This document shows, in pieces, positions 20,061 through 29,711 of a stretch of 64,000 nt of DNA; the stretch's first letter is position 1; every line of letters begins with the position of its first letter. A model generated the notes under the pieces. It did not search any database. It was not told the origin of the DNA and saw only the letters and a list, made by a program, of their open reading frames with translations. This DNA comes from Myxococcales bacterium (GTDB lineage Bacteria; Myxococcota_A; Polyangia; Polyangiales; GCA-016699535), in the NCBI GenBank assembly GCA_016699535.1, contig CP064980.1, positions 3,296,835-3,360,834 on the forward strand, read 5' to 3'. The translations under genes and the position numbers were made by a program.

Positions 20061-20317
20061 AAAAATTCAACAAGATGCTTTGCTTGCAGTTCACGAACAA
20101 AGCTTTCAACGTCTTGTTTAACACGATCATTCGGCACCGGAAGGGTCTGAACAATGCTTTCACAAATCGCATCAACGCTTCGATTGCCATCGATGAGATA
20201 CCATACGGCCGCTCCAACATTGTTGAGGAGCAAAACACAATTATTCTGCTCGTCGACAAGAGCAAGCTCTTCATCATTCATCTGGTGAGTGGTAATCGTT
20301 TTACGTTTTGGAACCAT
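20057..20317 (-). CDS. PqqD-family peptide chaperone (RRE-type) protein
   Basis: The 86-aa sequence LLLNNVGAAVWYLIDGNRSVDAICESI...DVESFVRELQAKHLV fits the PqqD family pattern. Confidence 0.75.
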   Translation of the reverse strand: MVPKRKTITTHQMNDEELALVDEQNNCVLLLNNVGAAVWYLIDGNRSVDAICESIVQTLPVPNDRVKQDVESFVRELQAKHLVEFL

Positions 20318-20322
20318 CGTGT

Positions 20323-21638
20323 TTATTGCACCACCGCATCAAGCATAGTGGCTCTTAGCCTACAAGCCCAGCAAGTTAACGACTCAGCATGCTTGCTGAG
20401 TTGTTCTGGCAAGGTATCAAGGTCAAGCCGAACATCCTTCGGCTGGGTTAATATGTCAGACAACCGCTTTTGATAAACATTACCCAAGGGAGAATTGCGT
20501 GAAAAAATACAAGGATACACCGTGCCATCCGGTCCTATCGCCGCGCTCCCAGAAAAGCGTGGAGCATCATCGCTTGAGCCACCGCTCTGTTTGTGAATGC
20601 CGCCAGCAGCAAGAAGTACTTCTCCACTCTTGGATTTACGAAGCGAAACCCCGCGACCCACATCACTAACGGTATCGTAGCCACTGACTCAGGAGCAATA
20701 CCAATTTTTTCAAGAAGCTCGCGCACCTTGGGATAGTGATCGAAGTTTTCTTGCATCAACACCACACCAGCACGCGCACGTTTGCCATCTGCGAGTACCC
20801 GTTTAATGGCCTCAATAGTACGCCGCTGGCTACCTGGCGTTCGCGTAATGCGGTCGTGCACATCCGGGTCGTGGGAATAAAAAGAAAAGGCAAAGGAAAG
20901 CGAATAGCTACGAATTTGATTGTAGAGAGCGTCTCCTAAAGCAAGACCATTGGTATAGATTTCAACATGCTCGAATTTGAGGCGATCGCATTCTTCAACG
21001 GCATCAAGAAAATGAGAGCTTATCAGCGGGTCCCCGCCGGTAAGCTGCACGGATTCAAAGCCGAGCGTTTTGGCATCTTTTAGAAGTGCTCGAATGGACT
21101 CAAGGCTGAGTTCTTCGTCGCACTGCGGACTTGACTCCGCATAGCAATGAACACACTGCTCATTGCAGCGTTTGGTCAACTCAACAAAAAGTTGCCGATA
21201 ACCAAAGCCTCGCAAAGCCGAAGCTCGCGTCAGTGGCAGTAGCGGTGATTTTGAAAGTGCCTGAAAAAATTGAGCGCTTAGAGCTCCACCCTGCCCGGCA
21301 AAGTGTAAAAGCGACGGAGAAACCGAGCCCGCTAGCACCGACTCACGCCATTGCCCCTCGAGCTCGAAGAGCTTTTTCCCTCCCATGTCTAAAACCGCAA
21401 GACTTCGTTCCGTATCCACAACGAGCCAATGCGGCGCGAGCATGTAGCTCGCCGAGCCGTGCGGTTCGGTGGCTCGACTGCTTTGCTGAGCGCGTTCTAT
21501 GGAAGTCTGCACAAGTATTTTTACCCTTAAAAACAGCCTTCTGGAATAGTCCAAGACCATCCTTTTAAGGAACTGCGATGGCCTTGACGTCTTGACTTCA
21601 GGGGGCGAAACTCGCTTGCAGTATCGTGTTCGCCTCAC
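20323..21638 (-). pseudogene. Radical SAM enzyme with a SPASM/twitch-like C-terminal domain, split by a frame break
   Basis: ORF 20535-21638 has LTKRCNEQCVHCY (CxxxCxxC) and QLTGGDPL. ORF 20323-20661 has VGRG...IGPDGTVYPCIF...GNV...CWAC, typical of the auxiliary-cluster domain. The frames switch at about 20688-20693, which is not a homopolymer. The true start is uncertain (GTG 21638, or a later ATG). Confidence 0.7.
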
Positions 21639-22681
21639 TAAGCCAGCATTTTGCCATGAAGTCCGTTCCAGCAGAAGATTCTTTTTTCAGAAGATGGCTG
21701 CGTCGTACATTCACCCTATCCTTAGTCCTGTTTGTTTCGACGATCTACTTATGCAGTTTTCCGCTCACCTTCTTTTTGAGCCTTATTGTTGATTTAGTCA
21801 GAAACAAACGATTTAGCTCGATACGCGCTCTGATTTTTTTCGGGCTGTTTCTGTTGTCTGAATTTCACGGTGTCGGCGGTGCCATCATTTTGTGGATCCG
21901 ATACCGGCTACTTCGTTTCGGTAGCTACGAACAATTCATTCAAGCGAACTACAGGCTTCAGTGGGCCTGGGCTTCGTTTACGGTAAGTTCAACCCTTCGC
22001 CTATTTGGAATGCGTCTAAATATTGACGCAGACCCTAAAGACGGTCGCGGCCCGGTGCTGGTTTTCATGCAACACAGCAGCATCGCCGATACCCTGCTGC
22101 CCATCTACCTCCTATCCCGGCCTTTTGGACTTAGTTTGCGCTACGTTTTGAAAAAAGAATTGCTCTGGGACCCTTCCATTGACATTGTGGGGCAGCGTCT
22201 TCCTAACGTTTTTGTGAACCGAAGCAGCAAGCAGCACTCTAAACAGATTCGCTCGCTGCACAGCCTGGCTTCAAATCTAGGACCGAAGGACGCCGCATTC
22301 ATTTATCCAGAAGGAACCCGTCGAACCGAAAAGAAGCGGCAGCGTATTATCGCATCCCTTCAAACAACCGGTAACCAAGAGCAAATCGCCTATGCGAAAT
22401 CACTCGAGCATTTGCTTCCACCTCAACTCGGAGGCTCAATTGCTTTTCTCAATGCAGCTCCGAGCACGGATGCTTTATTTTGTGCGCATGTAGGCTTGGA
22501 AGGCTCAACGCAGATTAAAGATGTATGGAAAGGCATGTTGATTGGGAAAACGATTCACGTGAAGTTCTGGCGGTTTGATGGCGCAGACATCCCGACCTCC
22601 CCGCCCGCGAGACGTCGCTGGTTTTTAGAAAAATGGTCCTTAATGGACCGTTGGCTTATTGAACAACACCGCAATGGGTGA
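21626..22681 (+). CDS. 1-acyl-sn-glycerol-3-phosphate acyltransferase-like (LPLAT/PlsC family) membrane protein
   Basis: N-terminal TM segments, the HX4D motif HSSIAD and a YPEGTR block. Confidence 0.75.
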   Translation: MFASLSQHFAMKSVPAEDSFFRRWLRRTFTLSLVLFVSTIYLCSFPLTFFLSLIVDLVRNKRFSSIRALIFFGLFLLSEFHGVGGAIILWIRYRLLRFGSYEQFIQANYRLQWAWASFTVSSTLRLFGMRLNIDADPKDGRGPVLVFMQHSSIADTLLPIYLLSRPFGLSLRYVLKKELLWDPSIDIVGQRLPNVFVNRSSKQHSKQIRSLHSLASNLGPKDAAFIYPEGTRRTEKKRQRIIASLQTTGNQEQIAYAKSLEHLLPPQLGGSIAFLNAAPSTDALFCAHVGLEGSTQIKDVWKGMLIGKTIHVKFWRFDGADIPTSPPARRRWFLEKWSLMDRWLIEQHRNG

Positions 22682-25600
22682 ATTTTATAAAAGCAGTGAC
22701 AACACTGTTGTTTTAGCAAGCGCTGGAACTGGTAAGACCGAAAGCCTTACTACACTTTTTTTACACGTGCTTCTTGGCGCTGGCGAATCAAAGGATCCGA
22801 TAAGCGCAAACCACATGGTCGCGCTCACTTTCACAGAAAAAGCGGCAGCAGAAATGAAGCAGCGCATCGCGCATGCCCTTGAACAACTCAAGCAAGGCGT
22901 CCCCGATAACGAAGCCCTTCACTCGGTGCAGACACTTCGAGCCTCGCTCAAGAGCAAGGGTCAACACCTTGACCCTTCGCTCGTGGCAAGAGCGCTTCAG
23001 TTATTGCCGAGTGCTCGGATCACAACCTTGCATGCCTTTTGTATGAACATTCTACGCCGTTACGCCACGGTCGCGGGTCTTGCGCCTGACTTTTCACTTC
23101 TTAATGAAGTGACGGCCACAGCCATGCTGGACACGGCCATCGAACAAACGATGATCGAAGCGCTGGACGCGGATGAGGCTATCGGCAAGGAGCTGCTCGT
23201 CGAGCTTGAAGGCATGCATCTAAGCCCTCATCGCGGAGCAGTGCCTGTCTTGCGAAAGCTGTACCGAGATTTACGCGAAGCAGCGAAGGATCCGGAAGGC
23301 ACCGAATACCTCGGCTACTATGCTGACGCGCATATCGATCAGGACTTTAAAAAGAACGCTCAGTTACTGGGCTGCTCGCCATCCGACTGTGAGAATCAAG
23401 ATTTAGCCTGCGCATTTGACGCATTGTTGGGAGCGCACCAACAACTCCAACACAGCGAAGGATTGCACGTCAGCACAAAAAAGGTAGTCGGCAAAATCTT
23501 GGAAGCCGTCCAAGCATTGAAAGAACGCTATACGCACACCTCGATTCGCAGCGAACACCTGTTTGAAGCGGCAACACTTCTGGCTGAACAATGCGGAACT
23601 GGCAAAGCAAAGGATCTTGAGCCTGCCAACGAAATGCGCGCAGCAGCCATTGCCCTTTTTCTGCTTCCACAGCTTAAGCAACGCTCGCAAGGCATTCACC
23701 GTCTGCTTAGCCACATCCACATCCGCTACAATGCGCTTAAATCCGAGCAGAACTCCGTTGATTTCCAAGATCTAACGCTTTATTGCCGCAAGCTTTTGCT
23801 CGAGCACCAAGACCTTCGCGAAGAGCTTCAGCGCAACATTGCTACACTTCTTGTGGATGAGTTCCAAGACACCAATGGCCCACAGCGCGATATCATCTAT
23901 CTACTTCGCAACACTGAGAAGCAAATTTCGCTACCGTTGAATGCAAAACACCTTCAACGCCAGGGCTTATTCATCGTTGGAGATCGCAAACAATCGATTT
24001 ACGGTTTTCGCGGCGCTGATGTTGCGGTATTTCAAAATGTCGTCTCGGACTTAGGAAACAACCATGCTAAATTGTATGCGCTTCGAACCAGTTATCGAAG
24101 CAGTCCAGAGCTCATCGCAGCCCTCAACGCTCTTAGCCGAGCTGCCCTTAAAAAAGACAGCGAGCAAATCTTTGACTTTGATTTCGATGAAGATGACGAA
24201 GCTTTGGTATCCTTTCAAGGCACAAAAACCAGCAGCAACTCACCGGCTTTGGAGTTTTTTGACTCGCGCGAGGAGGAAGAATTCTCTGCGGCCAAAGAAG
24301 GCTCGTGGATCGCGACACGCGCAAAGCAGTTGATTGAAGACAAAGAGAGCTGCATCGATCGAAAATCCAAGCAACTCCGCCCAATCAACTATGGCGATAT
24401 GGTTCTATTGCTTCCTCGCTTCAGCAACTTATCGAACTACATCGCGGCATTGCAAAACGAAGAGCTGCCTTACCGAATCGTGCGTGCGCAGGGCTTGTTA
24501 AGCACCCAAGAAGCAAAAGACTTATTCAGCCTATGCAAAGTCTTGCTTGAGGAGCACAGCAACCTTGACCTCTTTTCAGTGCTTAGGTCGCCTTGGGTAC
24601 TACTGTCCGACGATGTCCTCCTACGTTTAGCGATGCAGAGCCGGCAAGATTCAAGACCGCTAAGTTCCCTAAACTGGCCTTATCCCTCTGACGATCACGA
24701 CGCGGAACGAAAGCGTTTTGAGCGAGCCCTTCCCTTGATTCATCGGCTCCAAGGGCATGTCGAGCGTTTAGGTCTTTCCAAATGCCTGGAGTTGCTTCTT
24801 AGCGAACTGCACTACGACACGATCCTTGCAGGAATGCCCTCTGCGAGTGATCGTCTGCGCAATCTTGATTTTCTTTTAGCGCGCATACGTGAGCATGAAC
24901 TCGAAGGCTGGGATGCACAAAAGATCCTTGTCAACTGGCAGTGGCGTCTTGCCCGTGGTCTTGATGAACCCGCACCATCGTTTAGCGATTCAAATGATCA
25001 GAGTTTGTGCGTGATGACGGTTCACCAGTCGAAGGGGCTGGAGTTTCCCGTTGTGTTTGCAGCGGATCTCGGTCGCCGGTCAGCGGAACAGAGCTCGCCG
25101 CTTTTATTTGATCCCGATCCCGATGCAGGACTAGCCCTGGGCCTACGCGCCCCGTCGGGTCAGTGGTTATACGATGAGCACGCAAAAAAAGTGCGCGATA
25201 TTCATCGCGCAAGAGAACGCGCCGAAGCAAAACGCTTGTTTTATGTGCAAATCACACGTGCACGAGACAGACTGATTTTAAGCGGAGCGCCCAGTTCGTT
25301 CTACAAAACGCTCCTAAACGAGACTTTGCCAGCACTGGAACAGGCGGGGCTTGCCGGACGACTTTTGCCGAAACTTTCACCGAAGCAAAGCAGCCACGCA
25401 AGCTCAAGTGAAACAATGCTCGAATCGGCCTCGCTTATCAAGCAGCTTGATGATGCGCCCCAAATCCGGCCCACGCTTCTTCAAACTGCGGTTACCACTT
25501 TGGAGGACTTTGCACTTTGCCCGCGCCGCTACCATGCACGAAGCGTGCTTCGATTGCCGGAGTTTCCAAGGCCTCTCATTAAAGAGCAGGAGCAGGGGCA

Positions 25601-26264
25601 AAGCATGGACCCATCGAAGCGAGGAACTCGTCTTCACGAAGCGCTCGAGCTAATTGATTTTGGCAAAGCTTTGCAAAGCCCCACAGAGTACAGTCAAACA
25701 GTCTTTAAAGAAGAGAGCAATGCTGAGGAACTTCAAAAGCGTCTCAGTCATTTTCTAACGAGCGATTACGCGGCTTGCATCGCACGCTCGGAGCAGCAAC
25801 ACCGAGAGCTTCCCTTTACGCTAAAGGTCGATGCCACACAGGGCAGCATTGTCTTGCGCGGACAAATCGATTTACTTCACGGTGATAATAAGAGCATGGA
25901 CCTCGTGGACTACAAAGCTGCACGCCCTAAAGGTTCTAGTCCCGCAGAACGCTACCGTTTTCAGCTTGATATCTACCGACATGCCCTTAGGCGTGTGCTG
26001 CCAGCGCATACCAAACTTCGAGCAGGCATTGTTTTCCTTGATGGACGTAGCAGCGCTCCTGTGTTTTTGGAAGCGCAACATGATTCTGATACTTTTGAAG
26101 AGAAACTAGGGAAGCTCGCCGATGCTTTACTCGAAGCGAGCACCCGCAATAACTTTGAAGGCAAAGAGGAAAGTTATTGCAAACAAATCGACTGCGGTTT
26201 TCGTTGGCTGTGTCATGCCAAAGACAATGACAGCGAAGCGACGTATTTACACAACGGGCTCTAG
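22659..26264 (+). CDS. UvrD/AddA-type superfamily-1 helicase fused to a PD-(D/E)XK nuclease with four Cys (AddB/Cas4-like Fe-S signature)
   Basis: Walker A ASAGTGKT and DEFQDT. Helicase motifs VGDRKQSIYGFRGA and TVHQSKGLEF. C-terminal FALCPRRY ... DLVDYK ... CKQIDCGFRWLC. Confidence 0.8.
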   Translation: MNNTAMGEFYKSSDNTVVLASAGTGKTESLTTLFLHVLLGAGESKDPISANHMVALTFTEKAAAEMKQRIAHALEQLKQGVPDNEALHSVQTLRASLKSKGQHLDPSLVARALQLLPSARITTLHAFCMNILRRYATVAGLAPDFSLLNEVTATAMLDTAIEQTMIEALDADEAIGKELLVELEGMHLSPHRGAVPVLRKLYRDLREAAKDPEGTEYLGYYADAHIDQDFKKNAQLLGCSPSDCENQDLACAFDALLGAHQQLQHSEGLHVSTKKVVGKILEAVQALKERYTHTSIRSEHLFEAATLLAEQCGTGKAKDLEPANEMRAAAIALFLLPQLKQRSQGIHRLLSHIHIRYNALKSEQNSVDFQDLTLYCRKLLLEHQDLREELQRNIATLLVDEFQDTNGPQRDIIYLLRNTEKQISLPLNAKHLQRQGLFIVGDRKQSIYGFRGADVAVFQNVVSDLGNNHAKLYALRTSYRSSPELIAALNALSRAALKKDSEQIFDFDFDEDDEALVSFQGTKTSSNSPALEFFDSREEEEFSAAKEGSWIATRAKQLIEDKESCIDRKSKQLRPINYGDMVLLLPRFSNLSNYIAALQNEELPYRIVRAQGLLSTQEAKDLFSLCKVLLEEHSNLDLFSVLRSPWVLLSDDVLLRLAMQSRQDSRPLSSLNWPYPSDDHDAERKRFERALPLIHRLQGHVERLGLSKCLELLLSELHYDTILAGMPSASDRLRNLDFLLARIREHELEGWDAQKILVNWQWRLARGLDEPAPSFSDSNDQSLCVMTVHQSKGLEFPVVFAADLGRRSAEQSSPLLFDPDPDAGLALGLRAPSGQWLYDEHAKKVRDIHRARERAEAKRLFYVQITRARDRLILSGAPSSFYKTLLNETLPALEQAGLAGRLLPKLSPKQSSHASSSETMLESASLIKQLDDAPQIRPTLLQTAVTTLEDFALCPRRYHARSVLRLPEFPRPLIKEQEQGQSMDPSKRGTRLHEALELIDFGKALQSPTEYSQTVFKEESNAEELQKRLSHFLTSDYAACIARSEQQHRELPFTLKVDATQGSIVLRGQIDLLHGDNKSMDLVDYKAARPKGSSPAERYRFQLDIYRHALRRVLPAHTKLRAGIVFLDGRSSAPVFLEAQHDSDTFEEKLGKLADALLEASTRNNFEGKEESYCKQIDCGFRWLCHAKDNDSEATYLHNGL

Positions 26265-26888
26265 GCCATGCATATTAAAGGCAACAATGGCACGCGCCGC
26301 CCGTTCGACATCGATGTCCGATTTAAAATCACCCATCACGTACTCTTCCATAACCTGCTTGACCGTGCCGAGCACGCACGATGCGGACACCTCAACATCA
26401 ATATTTCCAATCACACCAATAGACTGACCGTTGCGGATGGATTCCCGAATAAAGTGCCGTAGTGATCCATAGAAGTTGTTGAGAATCTCCCGCGCCTCGG
26501 CATCAAGGCTTACCGCTTCACGCACGATAATTGTCGCAAGTGAACGATCGCGCACGACGGTATTAAGAATGCGCTGCACTGTTTGCACCAACTGCTGATC
26601 TATCGGCGGTGCGTCCGAACCAAGATCCACACCAACGACACTTGCCCGTAGCCGCTCAAGAAGTTCTTTGAGCAAGGCTAGGAACACGGCGCCTTTGCTT
26701 TCGAAGTAAAGATAAAATGTGCCGCGTGCTATGCCGGCGCTCTCAATAATATCGGCAATACGTGTTTGATGGAAACCGCTCTTTGAAAACACCTCCGCAG
26801 CAGCATCGAGAATCTCGGCTCGACGGCGGCTACGCGGACTTGTGCCTTGTTTTTTTAACGGCTTGGTAGAAGAAATCTCCGTACTCAT
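26247..26888 (-). CDS. TetR/AcrR family transcriptional regulator
   Basis: N-terminal HTH: RRRAEILDAAAEVFSKSGFHQTRIADIIESAGIARGTFYLYFESK. Confidence 0.9.
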   Translation of the reverse strand: MSTEISSTKPLKKQGTSPRSRRRAEILDAAAEVFSKSGFHQTRIADIIESAGIARGTFYLYFESKGAVFLALLKELLERLRASVVGVDLGSDAPPIDQQLVQTVQRILNTVVRDRSLATIIVREAVSLDAEAREILNNFYGSLRHFIRESIRNGQSIGVIGNIDVEVSASCVLGTVKQVMEEYVMGDFKSDIDVERAARAIVAFNMHGLEPVV

Positions 26889-27787
26889 ACGTTCAACCTA
26901 AGTGCTCTTGGAAGAGTGTTAAGGGTTAAGGGCTTTAGGCGACAAATCTCGCCATCAATCATCACATCAACTTGACCGAGACCCTCAAAGCGCAAGCTCT
27001 TGCAGGCGTACCCATGTATGGCGGTATGGGCCAAATGCCGGCCCTGGTAGATTGCCGGAAAGGTTCGGAGAAGATCCAAAACCGACAGCGGCTCGACATG
27101 CACCACGTTGAATTTTCCATCGTCAACTTTGGCATCAGGCGCCATATGCATCGTGCCACCCGTAAACTGACTGTTGCAGACGGAAAACATCATGTAGTCA
27201 ACCTTGTCATGTTTTTCGTCATTTTCATGCCAAACGTGGCATGTTTTTTGCGGAATTGATGCCAGTTTTGTCAAAACTGCCATAGCATAGCCGACGTGTC
27301 CGAAGGCCTTGAAGTAGCGGTTTCGAAGCGCACCCACTTGTGCACTAAAGCGAATACTAAAGATGTTAAGAAAGAAAAGCAGACCGTGTTCGTGCCGCAG
27401 CTCAATGAGATCCACCAAGCGCTCTTTTCCCGAATCAAAACGCTCAAGGGCTGCCTTTGTGTCGCTGATGCCGAAGTCGCGCAAAAAAGAATTGCCCGTG
27501 CCTAACGGTAGAATACCAAAACGCAGCGTTTGGTCTTCAAGGGCCTCGGGGAATAAACCGTTGAGCACTTCGTAGGTGGTGCCATCACCGCCTACCGAAA
27601 GAAAACAACGCTTACCTTCTTTCATGGCGTTGCGCGCAAGCAGGGTCGCGGAGCCTTTGGCAGTGGTGTTGAGCCGCTCGACGTGCCAGCCTCGCTCTTT
27701 TAGCTCGGCCAGAGCCTCGTTGGCCAACTTGCCACAACGCCCCGCTCCGGCCGCACCATTAACAATCGCCACGCATTCCTTATTCAT
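26885..27787 (-). CDS. Diacylglycerol-kinase-family lipid kinase (YegS/DagK-like)
   Basis: GGDGTTYEVLNGL and LPLGTGNSF motifs. Confidence 0.85.
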   Translation of the reverse strand: MNKECVAIVNGAAGAGRCGKLANEALAELKERGWHVERLNTTAKGSATLLARNAMKEGKRCFLSVGGDGTTYEVLNGLFPEALEDQTLRFGILPLGTGNSFLRDFGISDTKAALERFDSGKERLVDLIELRHEHGLLFFLNIFSIRFSAQVGALRNRYFKAFGHVGYAMAVLTKLASIPQKTCHVWHENDEKHDKVDYMMFSVCNSQFTGGTMHMAPDAKVDDGKFNVVHVEPLSVLDLLRTFPAIYQGRHLAHTAIHGYACKSLRFEGLGQVDVMIDGEICRLKPLTLNTLPRALRLNV

Positions 27788-29472
27788 CGCAATGCCATCA
27801 TCTCCTCGCTACTGCTCTGTTCCCGAAGCATGGCAGCAAGGCTTTCGCGCTTTAGTTTCAACGATGCTGTGCGCGGAAAATGCTCCGGCCAAAACAAAAC
27901 ACCCTGCAAGCGTTTGTAGTCCGGCAAGCTTTGGTTTTTTTGTTTGAGTCCATCAATGACGCTTTGTCGATCTTGCTCGGAGCGCACCACAGCCACAAGA
28001 CTGTTGTGCTCAAGTTGCTCTTTTTGCCAGAGGTAGTTGCTGGCCATGACAGCCAGCTCTTCACAAGGAAGGTCTTCAAAGGCACTTTCCACATCTTCTG
28101 GATAAACATTTTTGCCGCCAGCCGTCACAATCATGTTTTTAGAGCGGCCGAGCAAACGCAGATGCCCCGCAGAGTCGATGGCTCCAAGGTCTCCGGTCTT
28201 GAGCCAACCGTCCTCAAAAACAGCCGCGCTAAGTTCTGGCGCATCGAGATAACCCAGCATGACCGTATCGCCTCGCACCCAAACCTCACCCACACCGTCG
28301 GCGTTTTGATGAGCAAGTTTCAGTTCAGTACCAGGCACCGGCTTGCCCACGCTGTCTCCGCGAAAGGGCCGCAAATCATTAACGGTGAGTACGGTACAGG
28401 CCTCGGTAAGACCATAACCAATCGCGACCGGGATGCCCAGGCGGTAGAAAAACTCGGCACGCTTTTGGTCCACCATTGCACCACCACAAAACAAAACTTT
28501 AAGCTCGCCACCAAAAGCTTCATGAATGGGCGCAATAAGACGTTTTGAGAGCGCATGATTGGGTGAACGTTGAGTGCACCAACGGTTTACTGCGCTCAAG
28601 GTCGATAGAAGCTTTTGCTTGTAGGTTGGAGATGCTTGGATCTTTTCGCGAATCGCACGCTCGAAGGCTTCAAGCAAAAGAGGAACCACAGCCATGTGCG
28701 TGATGCGCTTCTTTTGCATGGTATCCAAAATGAACTCGGGCCTTAGTGCACGCTGATGAACTACCGTGGCTCCGCCAAAAAAGGGTCCTAAAAAGCCACA
28801 CATAAAATCAATGGCATGGTTGGTGGGCAAAATGGAAAAGTAGCGGTCCCCCTCGCCGAGCGGAAAAAGTACGTTCAACGAGGCATACTGCGCAAGGTAG
28901 TTACCGTGGCTCAGCATGCAGCCCTTGGGTGTGCCCCCAGTGCCGGATGAATAGACAATCGTTGCTAAGTCATCACGGCCTGCCGTGGAGCATGTTTTGA
29001 AATCAAGTTCAGCGGCTGGTAAATGCTCCCAGCGAACGGTGTTCGCAATGAACGCTTGATCTGGCAGCTCCGAGACCAAGGCCGCAAGTGTTGTGCACTG
29101 ATGAAGCTTTTGCCATACCGCGTATTCACTCAACACAAGCTTTACGCCGCTGTGCTGTAGCAACGCCGCTTGCTCTTGAGCGCTCAGCTTGTAGTCGATC
29201 GGCACAAGCACAGCGCCACGAAGAAAAATCGCATAAGCGCCGATTAACCAATTGCTTTGGTTGCTCATGACAATCGCAACGCGATCGTTGGAGTCGACAT
29301 GCTGCGACTTTAGAAAAGCCAGCACCCTTGCCGCTTCTTTGGCGACATCAAGATAACTTAGGGCGCGCACTTGCCGTTTTCGATTCATTTCACAAAGCGC
29401 AAGTGAGTCTTTGTAAGTGATGATCGAGTCGCGAAGCGCTTCGCCTAGGTTATTCCAATGTTTAGGGCTCAT
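27784..29472 (-). CDS. AMP-dependent acyl-CoA/acyl-ACP synthetase (long-chain fatty acid ligase-like)
   Basis: YSSGTGGTPKG, GYGLTE and TGDLG adenylation motifs. Confidence 0.85.
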   Translation of the reverse strand: MSPKHWNNLGEALRDSIITYKDSLALCEMNRKRQVRALSYLDVAKEAARVLAFLKSQHVDSNDRVAIVMSNQSNWLIGAYAIFLRGAVLVPIDYKLSAQEQAALLQHSGVKLVLSEYAVWQKLHQCTTLAALVSELPDQAFIANTVRWEHLPAAELDFKTCSTAGRDDLATIVYSSGTGGTPKGCMLSHGNYLAQYASLNVLFPLGEGDRYFSILPTNHAIDFMCGFLGPFFGGATVVHQRALRPEFILDTMQKKRITHMAVVPLLLEAFERAIREKIQASPTYKQKLLSTLSAVNRWCTQRSPNHALSKRLIAPIHEAFGGELKVLFCGGAMVDQKRAEFFYRLGIPVAIGYGLTEACTVLTVNDLRPFRGDSVGKPVPGTELKLAHQNADGVGEVWVRGDTVMLGYLDAPELSAAVFEDGWLKTGDLGAIDSAGHLRLLGRSKNMIVTAGGKNVYPEDVESAFEDLPCEELAVMASNYLWQKEQLEHNSLVAVVRSEQDRQSVIDGLKQKNQSLPDYKRLQGVLFWPEHFPRTASLKLKRESLAAMLREQSSSEEMMALR

Positions 29473-29711
29473 GACTGTCGCTTTCGAATCAGCTCCGCAA
29501 GACGGGAAAAAGTGGTAACGCCTTGAAGTTCGTAATCAGGAATCTCAACGTCAAAGGCATGCTCGAGATCACTCAGCAGTTCCATCGCTCTAAAGCTATC
29601 AATACCGAGTTGCTGAAAAAAATCCTCGTTGGGACTCAACGTTTCTTTGGCCACCCCAAAGCGTTTCGCAGCAAGTTCGATCAAGCGGAGTTCAATACTT
29701 TGTTCATTCAT
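29469..29711 (-). CDS. Acyl carrier protein
   Basis: 80 aa, with the LGIDSFRAMEL phosphopantetheine-attachment motif. Confidence 0.8.
   Translation of the reverse strand: MNEQSIELRLIELAAKRFGVAKETLSPNEDFFQQLGIDSFRAMELLSDLEHAFDVEIPDYELQGVTTFSRLAELIRKRQS

Noticed and set aside
21598-21657. A 19-aa minus-strand ORF (MAKCWLSEANTILQASFAP) as a candidate precursor peptide for the radical SAM/PqqD/kinase cassette.
   Set aside because: It has no ribosome-binding site and overlaps both the radical SAM start region and the divergent plsC-like gene. It has only one Cys, no recognisable leader/core organisation and no C-terminal Ser. It is kept only as a weak candidate to test by comparative genomics.
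27880-28548. Long antisense or shadow ORFs inside confidently assigned genes: 27880-28548, 30372-31019, 8067-8750, 39112-39624, 2567-3058, 3000-3428, 52173-52640 and 54168-54692.
   Set aside because: Each lies opposite, or out of frame within, a gene with strong family motifs. Their translations are low-complexity and Arg/Ser/Cys-rich, which is typical of non-coding frames.
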